A stretch of DNA of 64,000 nucleotides. It comes from an uncultured bacterium. GTDB taxonomy: Bacteria > Pseudomonadota > Alphaproteobacteria > UBA8366 > JADFVY01. Made by a program: the position numbers and the translations under genes. A model generated the notes under the pieces. That model made no database searches. It worked only from the letters and a program-made list of their open reading frames with translations, and had not been told where the DNA came from. How positions within the stretch are numbered: the stretch's first letter is position 1; each line of letters opens with the position of its first letter. Location of the stretch: positions 6,978 through 70,977 of the forward strand of contig CBFDDT010000003.1 in assembly GCA_965603635.1 (NCBI GenBank), written 5' to 3'. Positions 9,304-18,432 of the stretch are shown here, piece after piece.

Positions 9304-10667
9304 AGTCCGAAGAGACATGGCTGATCGAGTTTTCCCCCGGCGAGACACGCGCGGCGCTGATCGACGGGCGGGACCGGTTGGTGGAGATGCTGATCGAGCG
9401 CATGGGCGAGAGCGAGATCGTCGGCTCGATCCATCTCGGCAGGGTAACCCGGGTGGAAAAGGGCATCGGCGCGGCCTTCGTGGAATTTGGCGATCGCGAA
9501 CCGGGTTTCCTGGGCAAGGCGAAAAACGTGACCGAGGGCCAAGCGGTGATCGTCCAGGTGATCCGCGCGGCGGGCGGCGGCAAGGGCGCGGTGCTGACGG
9601 TGAATCCGGTGCTGCCGGGGCGCTATCTGTCGCTTGATGCGACACGGCCCGGAATCCACTGGCCGCGCGGCAAGTGGGAGGGTGACAGGGCGGAGCTCGG
9701 CGCGCTTCTGGAGGAGATCGCGCCCGAAGGATCCGGCCTCGCCCCCGGTCCGCTGGCCGCGGAGACGTCGCCCGATACACTCAAGGCCGAGGCCGGGAAG
9801 CTGGCCACCCTGTGGATGGAGATCAACGCGCAAGCCGCCGCCGCAAAGCCCCCGCTACAGTTGCGGGCCGCGCCGTCGCTGACGGACCGTATCCTGTGCG
9901 AGGCGCGCGGGCCGGTGGTGATGGATGACCCAAGGAGCTTTTCCACCATCAATACAGTAGCCGGACAAGAAATGCCCGATCTGGCCGGCGCGCTGGAGCT
10001 GTACATGGGAAAGACACCGCTGTTCGAGGAGACCGGCGTGGAGGAGCAGCTCGAAGAGGCGCTGGGTCCGCGCATGGAAATGCCCGGCGGGGCCAGCCTG
10101 GTGATCGAGGAGACCGAGGCGCTGACTGCCATCGACGTCAATATGGGCGCCAGCGGCGGGCGCATGCAGTCGGACAATGCCATAGTAAAGGCCAACGAGG
10201 CGGCGGCGCTTGCGGTGGCGCGACAGATTCGGTTGCGTAATATCGGCGGACTGATCCTGGTGGATTTCATTTCGATGAAAAGCAAGGCGCACCGCAAGCA
10301 ACTTGTCGAGTTGCTGCGCCGCGCGATGCGGAGAGACCCGGTGCGCCACGACGTGCTGGGCATGACGCCGGCCGGGCTGGTGGAGATTACCCGCCAGCGC
10401 ACCGGCCATCCGCTCGCCGCCCTGTTCGCCCACCCGGCGCGGTATGTCGCGCGGCCGCTGCCCGAAGCGCAAGCCTGCGCGGCCCTGCGCGCGGCGCTAC
10501 GCCGGTCGTGGAGCGGCAAGACCGTGCTGGCCGCCGATCCGGCAATCGTCGAGGCGCTGCAGGGAATACTGGCCCCGGCGCTGGAGGAGGTCGGCCGCAG
10601 ACTGGGGTTGCCGCTGGAACTGCTGGCGGAGCCAGGCCGCGGCGGCTATGAATTCCGCAAGGGCTGA
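9300..10667 (+). CDS. rng: Ribonuclease E/G family protein
   Basis: It has RNase E/G catalytic-domain blocks (EALTAIDVN, GGLILVDFI). The ATG at 9300 overlaps the maf stop (ATGA). Confidence 0.85.
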   Translation: MKSEETWLIEFSPGETRAALIDGRDRLVEMLIERMGESEIVGSIHLGRVTRVEKGIGAAFVEFGDREPGFLGKAKNVTEGQAVIVQVIRAAGGGKGAVLTVNPVLPGRYLSLDATRPGIHWPRGKWEGDRAELGALLEEIAPEGSGLAPGPLAAETSPDTLKAEAGKLATLWMEINAQAAAAKPPLQLRAAPSLTDRILCEARGPVVMDDPRSFSTINTVAGQEMPDLAGALELYMGKTPLFEETGVEEQLEEALGPRMEMPGGASLVIEETEALTAIDVNMGASGGRMQSDNAIVKANEAAALAVARQIRLRNIGGLILVDFISMKSKAHRKQLVELLRRAMRRDPVRHDVLGMTPAGLVEITRQRTGHPLAALFAHPARYVARPLPEAQACAALRAALRRSWSGKTVLAADPAIVEALQGILAPALEEVGRRLGLPLELLAEPGRGGYEFRKG

Positions 10668-10682
10668 TCGGGAGAACGAGGT

Positions 10683-10865
10683 ATGAGCGACAAAAAACCA
10701 TGCCCGATCTGTGGCAAGCCAAAAGCGGAGAAATACGCGCCCTTCTGTTCGAAGCGCTGCGCCGAGGTGGACCTGTCGCGCTGGCTGGGCGGGGTCTACC
10801 GAATCCCCACCGACGAGCCCCCCGAGGGCGGTGACTATCCACCGGAAGAGGACGAGAACGGATGA
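10683..10865 (+). CDS. yacG: DNA gyrase inhibitor YacG (zinc finger)
   Basis: CPICGKP...FCSKRCAEVDLSRW; 60 aa. Confidence 0.85.
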   Translation: MSDKKPCPICGKPKAEKYAPFCSKRCAEVDLSRWLGGVYRIPTDEPPEGGDYPPEEDENG

Positions 10866-10948
10866 AGGTGAATTTCCCTGTCCGATATGCTGGACAGCGC
10901 GCCCGGATTTGATTATGTAAGGCCTCCGTCGCACCCGCGATACCCGGC

Positions 10949-11024
10949 GCCCGGGTAGCTCAGTTGGTAGAGCAGGGGATTGAAAATCCCCGTGTCGGCA
11001 GTTCGAATCTGTCCCCGGGCACCA
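10949..11024 (+). tRNA. tRNA-Phe: tRNA-Phe (anticodon GAA)
   Basis: A 76-nt cloverleaf folded by hand. The acceptor stem is GCCCGGG/CCCGGGC, the anticodon loop is TTGAAAA, the T-loop is TTCGAAT, and the CCA end is encoded. Confidence 0.95.
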
Positions 11025-11283
11025 TTTTTCTTCCCCATGCCTCTGTCTTCCGTTGCCGCCAAATATCAGCGGCATCGGCGCAAACCGAAAACGCGGTTTG
11101 CTTGCGCGTGATGTAGCAATACGATAAATCCGCTCTATCTATGACGCAATCGACTGGGCCCGGCGAAATAGCGGGTGGCGATTTTGGCCGCCGACCCGCC
11201 GGATAATTCGACCGCCTTCCTTGCGTGCCTTGGAACAGATCGCCCCGATCCGAACGGTTTTGTAATCTACGCTGGGCTTTTAT

Positions 11284-12768
11284 ATGCATTCACTCATTGT
11301 TTACCGCGACCAATGGTTCGGCAACATCCGCGGCGATGTCCTGGCCGGACTCGTTGTTGCCCTAGCCCTCATTCCCGAGGCCATCGCCTTTTCCATCATT
11401 GCCGGGGTCGATCCCAAGGTCGGACTCTACGCGTCGTTTTCGATCGCGGTGATCGTCGGAATCACGGGTGGTCGGCCTGGCATGATTTCAGCCGCGACCG
11501 CGGCGACCGCGGTGCTGATGGTAACGCTGGTCCGCGAATACGGGCTTCAATATCTTCTGGCGGCAACGGTCCTCGCCGGGCTGTTGCAGATCGCCGCGGG
11601 GCTTCTGCGGCTCGGTTATGTCATGCGTTTCGTATCGCGGTCGGTGTTGACCGGTTTCGTCAACGCGCTGGCGATCCTGATTTTCATGGCCCAGCTACCC
11701 GAACTGATCGGCGTTCCATGGCTGACCTACGTCATGGTCGCGGCCGGGCTTGGTATCATCTATCTGTTCCCGATGGTGACCAAATCCATTCCGTCGCCGC
11801 TGGTCTGCATCGTCGCCCTGACGGCGATCACTCTCTACTTCGGCTTCGATTTGCGCACCGTGGGGGACATGGGCGAATTGCCGTCGACTTTGCCGGTCTT
11901 CCTGATCCCCGATATCCCCCCGACCCTCGAGACCCTGCTGATCATCCTGCCCTATTCGGCGGCCGTCGCGGCGGTGGGGTTGCTCGAATCCCTGTTGACC
12001 GCGACGATCGTCGAAGACCTCACCGACACGCCCACCAACCTCAGCCAGGAATGCATCGGCCAGGGTCTCGCCAACACGGCGACGGGCTTTATCGGCGGCA
12101 TGGCCGGCTGCGCGATGATCGGCCAGTCGATGATCAATGTTAAATCAGGTGGCCGCGGCCGGCTTTCCACCGTCAGCGCCGGCGTATTTCTGTTGTTCAT
12201 GATCGTCGTGCTTGGCGACCAGGTGAAACAGATCCCGATGGCGGCCCTGGTCGCCATCATGATCATGGTGTCGATCGGCACCTTTAGCTGGTCGTCGATC
12301 AAGAACCTGCGCACCCATCCGCGCAGTTCCTCGCTGGTCATGATCGCGACCGTCATCACCGTCGTTGCGACCCATAATCTTGCGATCGGCGTTCTCGTCG
12401 GCGTGCTGCTGTCCGGCATTTTCTTCGCCTGGAAAATTGCGCAAATTTTCCGGGTTACATCGACCCTGTCGGCGGACGGCAGGTCGCGAATCTACATTGT
12501 GGAGGGGCAGGTTTTCTTCGCCTCGGCGGTAAATTTCACCGCCGCCTTCGACTTCAAGGAGGCGCTTGAGAAGGTCACCATCGACGTAAGCCGGGCCCAT
12601 ATCTGGGATATTTCCAGCGTGGCCGCGCTCGATATGATCGTTCTCAAATTCCGCCGCGAGGGGGCCGAGGTAGAGATCGTCGGCCTGAACGAGGCCAGCG
12701 AGACAATCGTGGATCAGCTTGCGATCCACGACAAGCCCGGGGCGCTCGAACGCCTCATGGGGCATTAA
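11284..12768 (+). CDS. SulP family inorganic anion transporter with a C-terminal STAS domain
   Basis: A 494-aa polytopic protein with typical SulP N-terminal ([20 protein letters not shown]) and STAS C-terminal features. Confidence 0.9.
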   Translation: MHSLIVYRDQWFGNIRGDVLAGLVVALALIPEAIAFSIIAGVDPKVGLYASFSIAVIVGITGGRPGMISAATAATAVLMVTLVREYGLQYLLAATVLAGLLQIAAGLLRLGYVMRFVSRSVLTGFVNALAILIFMAQLPELIGVPWLTYVMVAAGLGIIYLFPMVTKSIPSPLVCIVALTAITLYFGFDLRTVGDMGELPSTLPVFLIPDIPPTLETLLIILPYSAAVAAVGLLESLLTATIVEDLTDTPTNLSQECIGQGLANTATGFIGGMAGCAMIGQSMINVKSGGRGRLSTVSAGVFLLFMIVVLGDQVKQIPMAALVAIMIMVSIGTFSWSSIKNLRTHPRSSSLVMIATVITVVATHNLAIGVLVGVLLSGIFFAWKIAQIFRVTSTLSADGRSRIYIVEGQVFFASAVNFTAAFDFKEALEKVTIDVSRAHIWDISSVAALDMIVLKFRREGAEVEIVGLNEASETIVDQLAIHDKPGALERLMGH

Positions 12769-12779
12769 GGGAGAACGCA

Positions 12780-13634
12780 ATGTCTAAAATATGTGCATTG
12801 GTGGATGGCTCCGTCTATTCCGAAAGCGTCAGCGACCATGCGGCCTGGATCGCGCAAAGAGCGGGATATTCGGTTGAACTGCTGCATGTCCTCGGCCGGC
12901 GCGAGACCTCGGGCGCGCCGTCGAACCTCAGCGGCGCCATAACGCTGGGTGCCCGCACGGCGCTTCTGGAAGAGCTGAGCGCGCTGGACGAACAGCGGGG
13001 GAAACTCGCTCAGAAATACGGAAGGGCGATCCTCGACGACGCCAAGGCCCGCATCGAGGCGGCCGGCGTGACCGACGTCACCGCGGTGCTGAGGATCGGC
13101 GACATCGTCGAAACCGTCGCCGAATTCGAGGCCGACGCGAAAATGGTGGTGGTCGGCAAGCGCGGCGAGGCGGCCGATTTCGCGAAACTGCATCTCGGCT
13201 CCAACCTGGAACGCATCGTGCGCTCCAGCCAGAAACCGGTTTTCGTCGCCTCGCGCGGCTTCCGGCCGATCGAACGTGTCCTCATCGCCCATGACGGCAG
13301 CGCCAGCAGCATGAAGGCGGTCGACCATGTCGCGCGCGGCAAGCTGTTCGCCGGTTTGCAAGTCCGCCTGCTGACTGTCGGCGCCGACAGCCCGGAAAAC
13401 CGCAAGCGGCTGGACGACGCAAAGGCCACGCTGAAGGCGGGCGGCCACGAGGCCGAGGCCAGCATTATGCAGGGCCAGCCCGAGGCGGCAATCGCCCAGG
13501 CCGTCGAATCGGAAGGCGTCGACCTACTGGTAATGGGCGCCTACGGCCACTCCCGCGTCCGCAGCCTGATCATCGGCTCGACCACGACGGGCATGGTCAG
13601 GTCATGCAAAATACCGATCGCGCTCTGCCGTTGA
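12780..13634 (+). CDS. Universal stress protein, tandem Usp domains
   Basis: Two Usp domains, each ending in G-x2-G-x9-G-S/T (VVGKRGEAADF..., VMGAYGHSRVRSLIIGSTT). Confidence 0.9.
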   Translation: MSKICALVDGSVYSESVSDHAAWIAQRAGYSVELLHVLGRRETSGAPSNLSGAITLGARTALLEELSALDEQRGKLAQKYGRAILDDAKARIEAAGVTDVTAVLRIGDIVETVAEFEADAKMVVVGKRGEAADFAKLHLGSNLERIVRSSQKPVFVASRGFRPIERVLIAHDGSASSMKAVDHVARGKLFAGLQVRLLTVGADSPENRKRLDDAKATLKAGGHEAEASIMQGQPEAAIAQAVESEGVDLLVMGAYGHSRVRSLIIGSTTTGMVRSCKIPIALCR

Positions 13635-13721
13635 GACCTGTCTCATGGGGCAATGGGCACGGACAAAAGTGGAGGTGAGGCCGGGGCAATGCTCCCGGCC
13701 CCAGGAATAGCCTGCCGAAAT

Positions 13722-14096
13722 TCAGACGTGGATAATTTGATCTTTTAACGAATAGGCGATCGCCAATACGTCCTTGCGGGTATGCTCATCGATCTTGTGC
13801 TTGTCGAGCGTGCTCAGGATGTCATCGACCGCAGCCATGTATTCCTGCGCGCTGACATTCATACCGCGATGCGCCTCGGGCATTTCGCGGCCGCTATACT
13901 GCTCCGGCCCTCCGGCGCCCGCGCCAAAGAAATCGCACAGATGTTGTTTGATGGTGGCAAGACGCTCCGGCTCGTTGCGGTAAGGCAAGAAGCGGACCTT
14001 GATCAGCGGATTATTCATGTGCGCTTCGACGACGTCGTCCACCAACGTTTTGATACCTTTTTCGCCCCCGAGACGTTCGTACAGACTTTCACTCAT
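13722..14096 (-). CDS. Truncated hemoglobin (group I-like globin)
   Basis: MSESLYERLGGEKGIKTLVDDV... is a trHb-type N-terminus. The start is ATG 14096, preceded by AAGGAG. Confidence 0.8.
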   Translation of the reverse strand: MSESLYERLGGEKGIKTLVDDVVEAHMNNPLIKVRFLPYRNEPERLATIKQHLCDFFGAGAGGPEQYSGREMPEAHRGMNVSAQEYMAAVDDILSTLDKHKIDEHTRKDVLAIAYSLKDQIIHV

Positions 14097-14210
14097 ATTA
14101 TTCTCCTTACTGTTGCCAATTCCATGCTGGAAAGGTCGCGCCAATCAGATTGCGACCGGATTTTGATATACGAATCAAGAGTATATTGTTGACTGCGTTT
14201 TGGGATGTCT

Positions 14211-14227
14211 AGTACAGGATCTGTACT
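14211..14227. promoter_or_regulatory. 7-3-7 perfect palindrome AGTACAG-GAT-CTGTACT in the divergent trHb/hxlR promoter region
   Basis: The inverted repeat was seen directly. It lies about 100 bp upstream of the hxlR-family gene and about 115 bp upstream of the globin gene. Confidence 0.4.
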
Positions 14228-14328
14228 GTCCGCGATTAAATCGTGGGGCAGAAGCTCGAAAGAAAAACATCGTTTGAGCGGTGGGCGTTGGGTTCGCCTG
14301 CAATCTGGCATTTTTTGAAGGAGATGGC

Positions 14329-15045
14329 ATGAAGGGGTATGGTCAATACTGTCCGCTGGCACAGGCCAGCCAGATATTGTGCGAGCGCTGGACACTGCTG
14401 GTCGTGCGAGAATTGATCGCCGGCAGCACAAGATTCAATGAATTGCGACGAGGCGTGCCGCTTATGTCGCCGACGCTGCTATCGCGGCGCCTAAAACAGT
14501 TGGAGACAGCGGGTGTGGTTCGGCGCCAGCGGACCGGCAATGACATTTCCTATGAACTCACCCAGGCCGGTGAAGAACTGCGCCCGGCCATCGAGCTGCT
14601 CGGCGCCTGGGGACACCGCTGGGTGCGCACCCGGTTGGGGCCCGAGGATCTGGATGCCGGGTTGTTGATGTGGGACATGCGGCGCTGCATCGACCCCGCT
14701 CATTTCCCGGAGCATCGCGTGGTCGTGCAACTTCATTACATGGATGCCCCACAGGGGGCGCGGGATTGGTGGCTGGTTTCCGAGAGCCGCGATGTCGACC
14801 TGTGCCTCGCGGACCCGGGTTACGAAGTGGATCTGCTGATCCGCAGCCCGTTGGCCACGATGACGGCGGTCTGGACCTGCCAGTTGCCTTTCCGGGATGC
14901 CGAGCGCAGTGGCGAAATCGAAGTGGTGGGGGACGTTGGGCTGGCGCGGAAACTGCCGGACTGGCTGTGCGCCAGCCCTCTCTCGCGTCTCGGTGAGCTT
15001 TACGAACCGCCGGAAGTGGGTTGGGCCGAGATTAGTCGGGCGTAG
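14329..15045 (+). CDS. HxlR family winged-helix regulator with a C-terminal extension domain
   Basis: YGQYCPLAQASQILCERWTLLVVRELIAGSTRFNELRRGVPLMSPTLLSRRLKQLE. The start is ATG 14329, preceded by GAAGGAG. Confidence 0.85.
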   Translation: MKGYGQYCPLAQASQILCERWTLLVVRELIAGSTRFNELRRGVPLMSPTLLSRRLKQLETAGVVRRQRTGNDISYELTQAGEELRPAIELLGAWGHRWVRTRLGPEDLDAGLLMWDMRRCIDPAHFPEHRVVVQLHYMDAPQGARDWWLVSESRDVDLCLADPGYEVDLLIRSPLATMTAVWTCQLPFRDAERSGEIEVVGDVGLARKLPDWLCASPLSRLGELYEPPEVGWAEISRA

Positions 15046-15287
15046 AGGAACTCCGCGAGCGGCCGGACGACGCCAAGGCCACGCTGAAGGCGGGCGGCCA
15101 CGAGGCCGAGGCCAGCATTATGCAAGGTCAGTCCGAGACGATCGTCGCGCAGACGGTCGAATCGGAAGGCATCGACCTGCTGGTAAAGGGCGCCTACGGC
15201 CACTCCCGCGTCCGCAGCCTGATCATCGGCTCGACCACGACGGGGATGGTCCGGTCATGCAAGATACCGATCGCTCTTTGTCGTTGA
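15036..15287 (+). pseudogene. Remnant of a usp gene (C-terminal about 80 codons only)
   Basis: 15047-15287 matches 13394-13634 (the 3' end of the intact usp) at 216 of 241 positions by hand alignment, with no indels. The frame is preserved (…DDAKATLKAGGHEAEASIMQGQSETIVAQTVESEGIDLLVKGAYGHSRVRSLIIGSTTTGMVRSCKIPIALCR*), but there is no N-terminal domain or credible start. Confidence 0.75.
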
Positions 15288-15382
15288 GGTAATACCCGGG
15301 TTAACCTGCGTCCCGCGCACCCGAACGGAAAATCGGCTATAGCTTGGTGGGTTATCTGATTACAGCCACGGGAGGCGCAACA

Positions 15383-16384
15383 ATGACTGACGGCGGCATG
15401 TCGCCATACGGGTTCACGGCGGCGGCAGATGAGCCGATTGCCTACCTGCGACGTATTCGGGAGTATTATGAGGCGCTGGGTTATGGCGCGCCCTATGAGT
15501 GGGCGCATTACGATGACGCGCCCTTCCAGCCATTGGGGAAACCGCTGGCGGAATGCCGGGTGGCCATCGTCACCACCGCCGCCCCCTACCAGCCCGGCAA
15601 GGGCGACCAGGGGCCGGGCGCGCCCTACAATGCGGAACCCAAATTCTATAAGGTTTACTCGGGCGATACGGATGCGGAGCACGATCTGCGCATTTCGCAC
15701 ATCGCCTACGACCGCGCCCACACCACGGCGGAAGACCACGGCGCCTATTTTCCCCTGCCGGAACTACGGCGAGCGGCGGCGCGCGGGCGCATTGGGGCCG
15801 TTGCGCCGCGTTTCCACGGCATCCCCACCAACCGCAGCCATCGCGTGACCATCGGGACCGACTGCCCGGAGGTCGTTGCGCGGGCGAAGGAAGACAGCGT
15901 GGACGCGGTGCTGCTGCTGCCCAACTGCCCGGTCTGCCACCAGACGGTCAGCCTGGCGGCGCGGATGCTGGAGGAGAACGGCATCGCCACCGTCGTCATG
16001 GGCTGCGCCAGGGATATCGTGGAATATGTGGGCGTGCCGCGCCTGCTGTTTTCCGACTTCCCCCTGGGCAATGCGGCCGGGCGGCCAGGCGACCCGGAGT
16101 CCCAGGCGCTGACGCTGGAGTTGGCTCTGCGGCTGCTGGAAAGCGCACCCGGCCCGCGCACCACAATGCAGTCGCCGCTGAAATGGAGCGACGATGCGGA
16201 CTGGAAGCTGGACTATTCAAACGCCGCGCGGATGACGCCAGAGGAAATCGCCAAACGGCGTGCCGAGTTCGACCGGGTGAAGGCCACGGCAAAAACCCTG
16301 CGCGAGGATGCAGGGGTTACGCGGGACAGGCGCGCCGAGGCGCCGGCGGATTTCCGCCCGGCGCGTGGCGGCGAGACGGCGTAG
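15383..16384 (+). CDS. Glycine/sarcosine/betaine/D-proline reductase component B-like family protein (non-selenoprotein homolog)
   Basis: The family was recognised from blocks such as RVAIVTTAAPY..., LLLPNCPVCHQT..., GIATVVMGCARD. There is no in-frame TGA. The start is ATG 15383, after GGGAGG. Confidence 0.65.
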   Translation: MTDGGMSPYGFTAAADEPIAYLRRIREYYEALGYGAPYEWAHYDDAPFQPLGKPLAECRVAIVTTAAPYQPGKGDQGPGAPYNAEPKFYKVYSGDTDAEHDLRISHIAYDRAHTTAEDHGAYFPLPELRRAAARGRIGAVAPRFHGIPTNRSHRVTIGTDCPEVVARAKEDSVDAVLLLPNCPVCHQTVSLAARMLEENGIATVVMGCARDIVEYVGVPRLLFSDFPLGNAAGRPGDPESQALTLELALRLLESAPGPRTTMQSPLKWSDDADWKLDYSNAARMTPEEIAKRRAEFDRVKATAKTLREDAGVTRDRRAEAPADFRPARGGETA

Positions 16385-16411
16385 GCGGCAGGTCTGCCGA
16401 TAGCCTAAAGT

Positions 16412-16453
16412 TTGATCTCCATCAAAGCGTTACGACGCGATTCTTGTTAGAAT
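16412..16453 (+). promoter_or_regulatory. Class II FNR/FixK-type promoter: perfect TTGATCTCCATCAA box plus a TAGAAT -10 element
   Basis: The box at 16412-16425 matches TTGAT-N4-ATCAA at 10 of 10 positions. TAGAAT at 16448-16453 starts 22 nt after the box end, which centres the box near -41.5. The downstream ATG is at 16530. Confidence 0.7.
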
Positions 16454-16529
16454 TTTATCGTTGATGCGAGCTAACGGCGCCGACGCGTCTGCGATTGCCC
16501 GGCATGCGGAGAAGGAGGTCGGCACAGCA

Positions 16530-17537
16530 ATGCGAAACATGAAATGGACAGCGTTGCCGTTGGTGCTCGCCCTGCTCTGCTTTACCGGCACCGGCCCAGC
16601 CTGGGCGAAGACGGAACCGGACCCGGCGGTCGCCGTGCCGCGGGTACAGAATCCAAGGCGCATCGCCGAAGGGCCGCACGGACTGGTGCTGGTCACCGAC
16701 CGCCGCCTCGGCGCCGTCGTCGCGGTCGACAGGGACAGTCTGGAGCCGATCTGGAGCACCGCGCTGCCGCGGGAGGGCGCACCCTTCGGGCTTGCAGCCA
16801 TGAAGCAGCGGGTCTTCGTCGGCAATACCAGCACAAAGAACGTCGAGGTTTACAGGATGCGCGGGCCCGGCGAGCCTTACACGGCACTCCGTTTCGCCTA
16901 CAACCTCGGTAACGTCCCCGAGGGCGCGACCGGCCCCTTCGAAAATCCGATCGGCATTGCCGTGGACAAGAACGAGAATCTGGTATTCGTTCTCGACGGC
17001 GCGACGAAGCGCATCGACGTGTACAAATCGAGAGGTTCGATTCAGCATTCTTTCGAGCCGCGGGACAGCGAAGGCGTGTTGCTAAGCCCGGTATCGCTAG
17101 CAGTGGACGAACTGCGCCGGGAAATTCTGGTCGGCGATTACGGCAATCCGCGACCGGAGCCCGACTGCAGTTTCTGCACATACACCGCCACCGCACCGGC
17201 GCGCATCCTGATCTACGATTATGGCGGCGAGCTGCTGTTTGAGATCAGGGGCGACGGCACCACCCATTGGTCGACGCGGTTCGCCCGAGTGCAGGGGATG
17301 GCGGCGAGCGGCGACGGGCGGATCTTCGCGGCCGACCCCCTGGGCGGCCGGATTCTCGTCTTCGACCGGTACAGCGGTGCCTTGCTGCAGGAACTGGGCA
17401 CGCAAGGACCGGACGAAGGACAGCTTATGCTGCCGCTGGATGTCTGGCTCGATAGCGAGACCGGCGATCTGTTCGTCTCCAACAACCGGGGCGCCCGCCG
17501 CGTGGAAGTGCTGCGGAACGTCGGGGGGCAGCAATGA
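16530..17537 (+). CDS. Secreted NHL-repeat / six-bladed beta-propeller protein
   Basis: The signal peptide is MRNMKWTALPLVLALLCFTGTGPAWA. Repeated blade motifs are present (PIGIAVD, PVSLAVD, GRILVFD, LFVSNN). There is an AAGGAGG RBS. Confidence 0.8.
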   Translation: MRNMKWTALPLVLALLCFTGTGPAWAKTEPDPAVAVPRVQNPRRIAEGPHGLVLVTDRRLGAVVAVDRDSLEPIWSTALPREGAPFGLAAMKQRVFVGNTSTKNVEVYRMRGPGEPYTALRFAYNLGNVPEGATGPFENPIGIAVDKNENLVFVLDGATKRIDVYKSRGSIQHSFEPRDSEGVLLSPVSLAVDELRREILVGDYGNPRPEPDCSFCTYTATAPARILIYDYGGELLFEIRGDGTTHWSTRFARVQGMAASGDGRIFAADPLGGRILVFDRYSGALLQELGTQGPDEGQLMLPLDVWLDSETGDLFVSNNRGARRVEVLRNVGGQQ

Positions 17538-18343
17538 GAATCTTCGTCAGGTTTTTCGGTGTTGCGTTGCTGGTGTTCGGCTGGCTCGTCCTGGCGCCGG
17601 TTCCCGCGGCGCATGCCGCGATGGAGTGTATCGAATGTCACGCCGACCCGAACGGCGGGGGATTCCATGGCGGATTTCGCTCGCTGACGGGCCTGACCAG
17701 GGCCGAGGTCGATGTCGTCTGCCTGTCCTGCCATGACGGTAGCTATACCAACCCCGCCGGCATCACGGCGCCCGAGGCCGCAGTCCATGAGCAGGTCTAC
17801 AGCGGATCGGGCAAGGCCCCCGAATACGGGACGTTCAGCGCCGGCTGCCTCGATTGTCACAACACCCATGGCCAACTGGCCGGCGACGGCAGCCTGATCG
17901 AAAACCTGCAACTGCTGGGCGCGCTGGTCCGCGAAGCGAGTTCCACCGACGGCGTCGCGCGAATCCGCAAGCCGATCATCGACCCCGGCCCCGACGGCAC
18001 GCTCGGCACCAGCGACGATTTCCATGCCGGCTGGGAATGCGACAGCGGTATCAATGACGATCCCGCCTGCGTCACCGCCGACGACGGCTTCGGCGGCACC
18101 CATGTCCGCGCGCCGGCGTTCTACGGTAATATCTATGAAGGGGGCACCTGGTCCGGCAATGGCGGGGTAAATCCGTGGGCGAACGACACGCTTCCCTACA
18201 ACGGCTCCTGTAATTCCTGCCATACCCGCACCAACCACCACCGCCGGGACAACAGCGGCGGCGACCACACCCACAACATCTCCAAGGCGGGCTGCGTCGC
18301 CTGCCACTCGCACGTGTCCGGCTGGCTGAACAAGGGCGGCTGA
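17534..18343 (+). CDS. Secreted pentaheme c-type cytochrome
   Basis: It has a signal peptide and five CXXCH motifs (CIECH, CLSCH, CLDCH, CNSCH, CVACH). It is translationally coupled to the upstream gene by an ATGA overlap. Confidence 0.85.
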   Translation: MRIFVRFFGVALLVFGWLVLAPVPAAHAAMECIECHADPNGGGFHGGFRSLTGLTRAEVDVVCLSCHDGSYTNPAGITAPEAAVHEQVYSGSGKAPEYGTFSAGCLDCHNTHGQLAGDGSLIENLQLLGALVREASSTDGVARIRKPIIDPGPDGTLGTSDDFHAGWECDSGINDDPACVTADDGFGGTHVRAPAFYGNIYEGGTWSGNGGVNPWANDTLPYNGSCNSCHTRTNHHRRDNSGGDHTHNISKAGCVACHSHVSGWLNKGG

Positions 18344-18432
18344 GGGTTCTACCGGGCGCGGGGTAGAGGCTTGCCCTCTATTCCGCTGCCTCGTCTTCTC
18401 CCGCGTCGAGCCTGACCTAGCAGGCTGCTGGG

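Noticed and set aside
14163-14178. FNR/FixK box upstream of the truncated hemoglobin gene.
   Set aside because: The half-sites TTGAT and ATCAA are perfect, but they are separated by 6 nt instead of 4 nt. It is therefore not a canonical FNR/FixK site, and I kept it only as an unassigned palindrome.
10949-18343. Genomic island integrated at tRNA-Phe (accessory-looking genes follow the tRNA).
   Set aside because: There is no integrase, no excisionase, and no direct repeat of the tRNA 3' end that I could find downstream. The SulP and Usp genes have native-looking composition.
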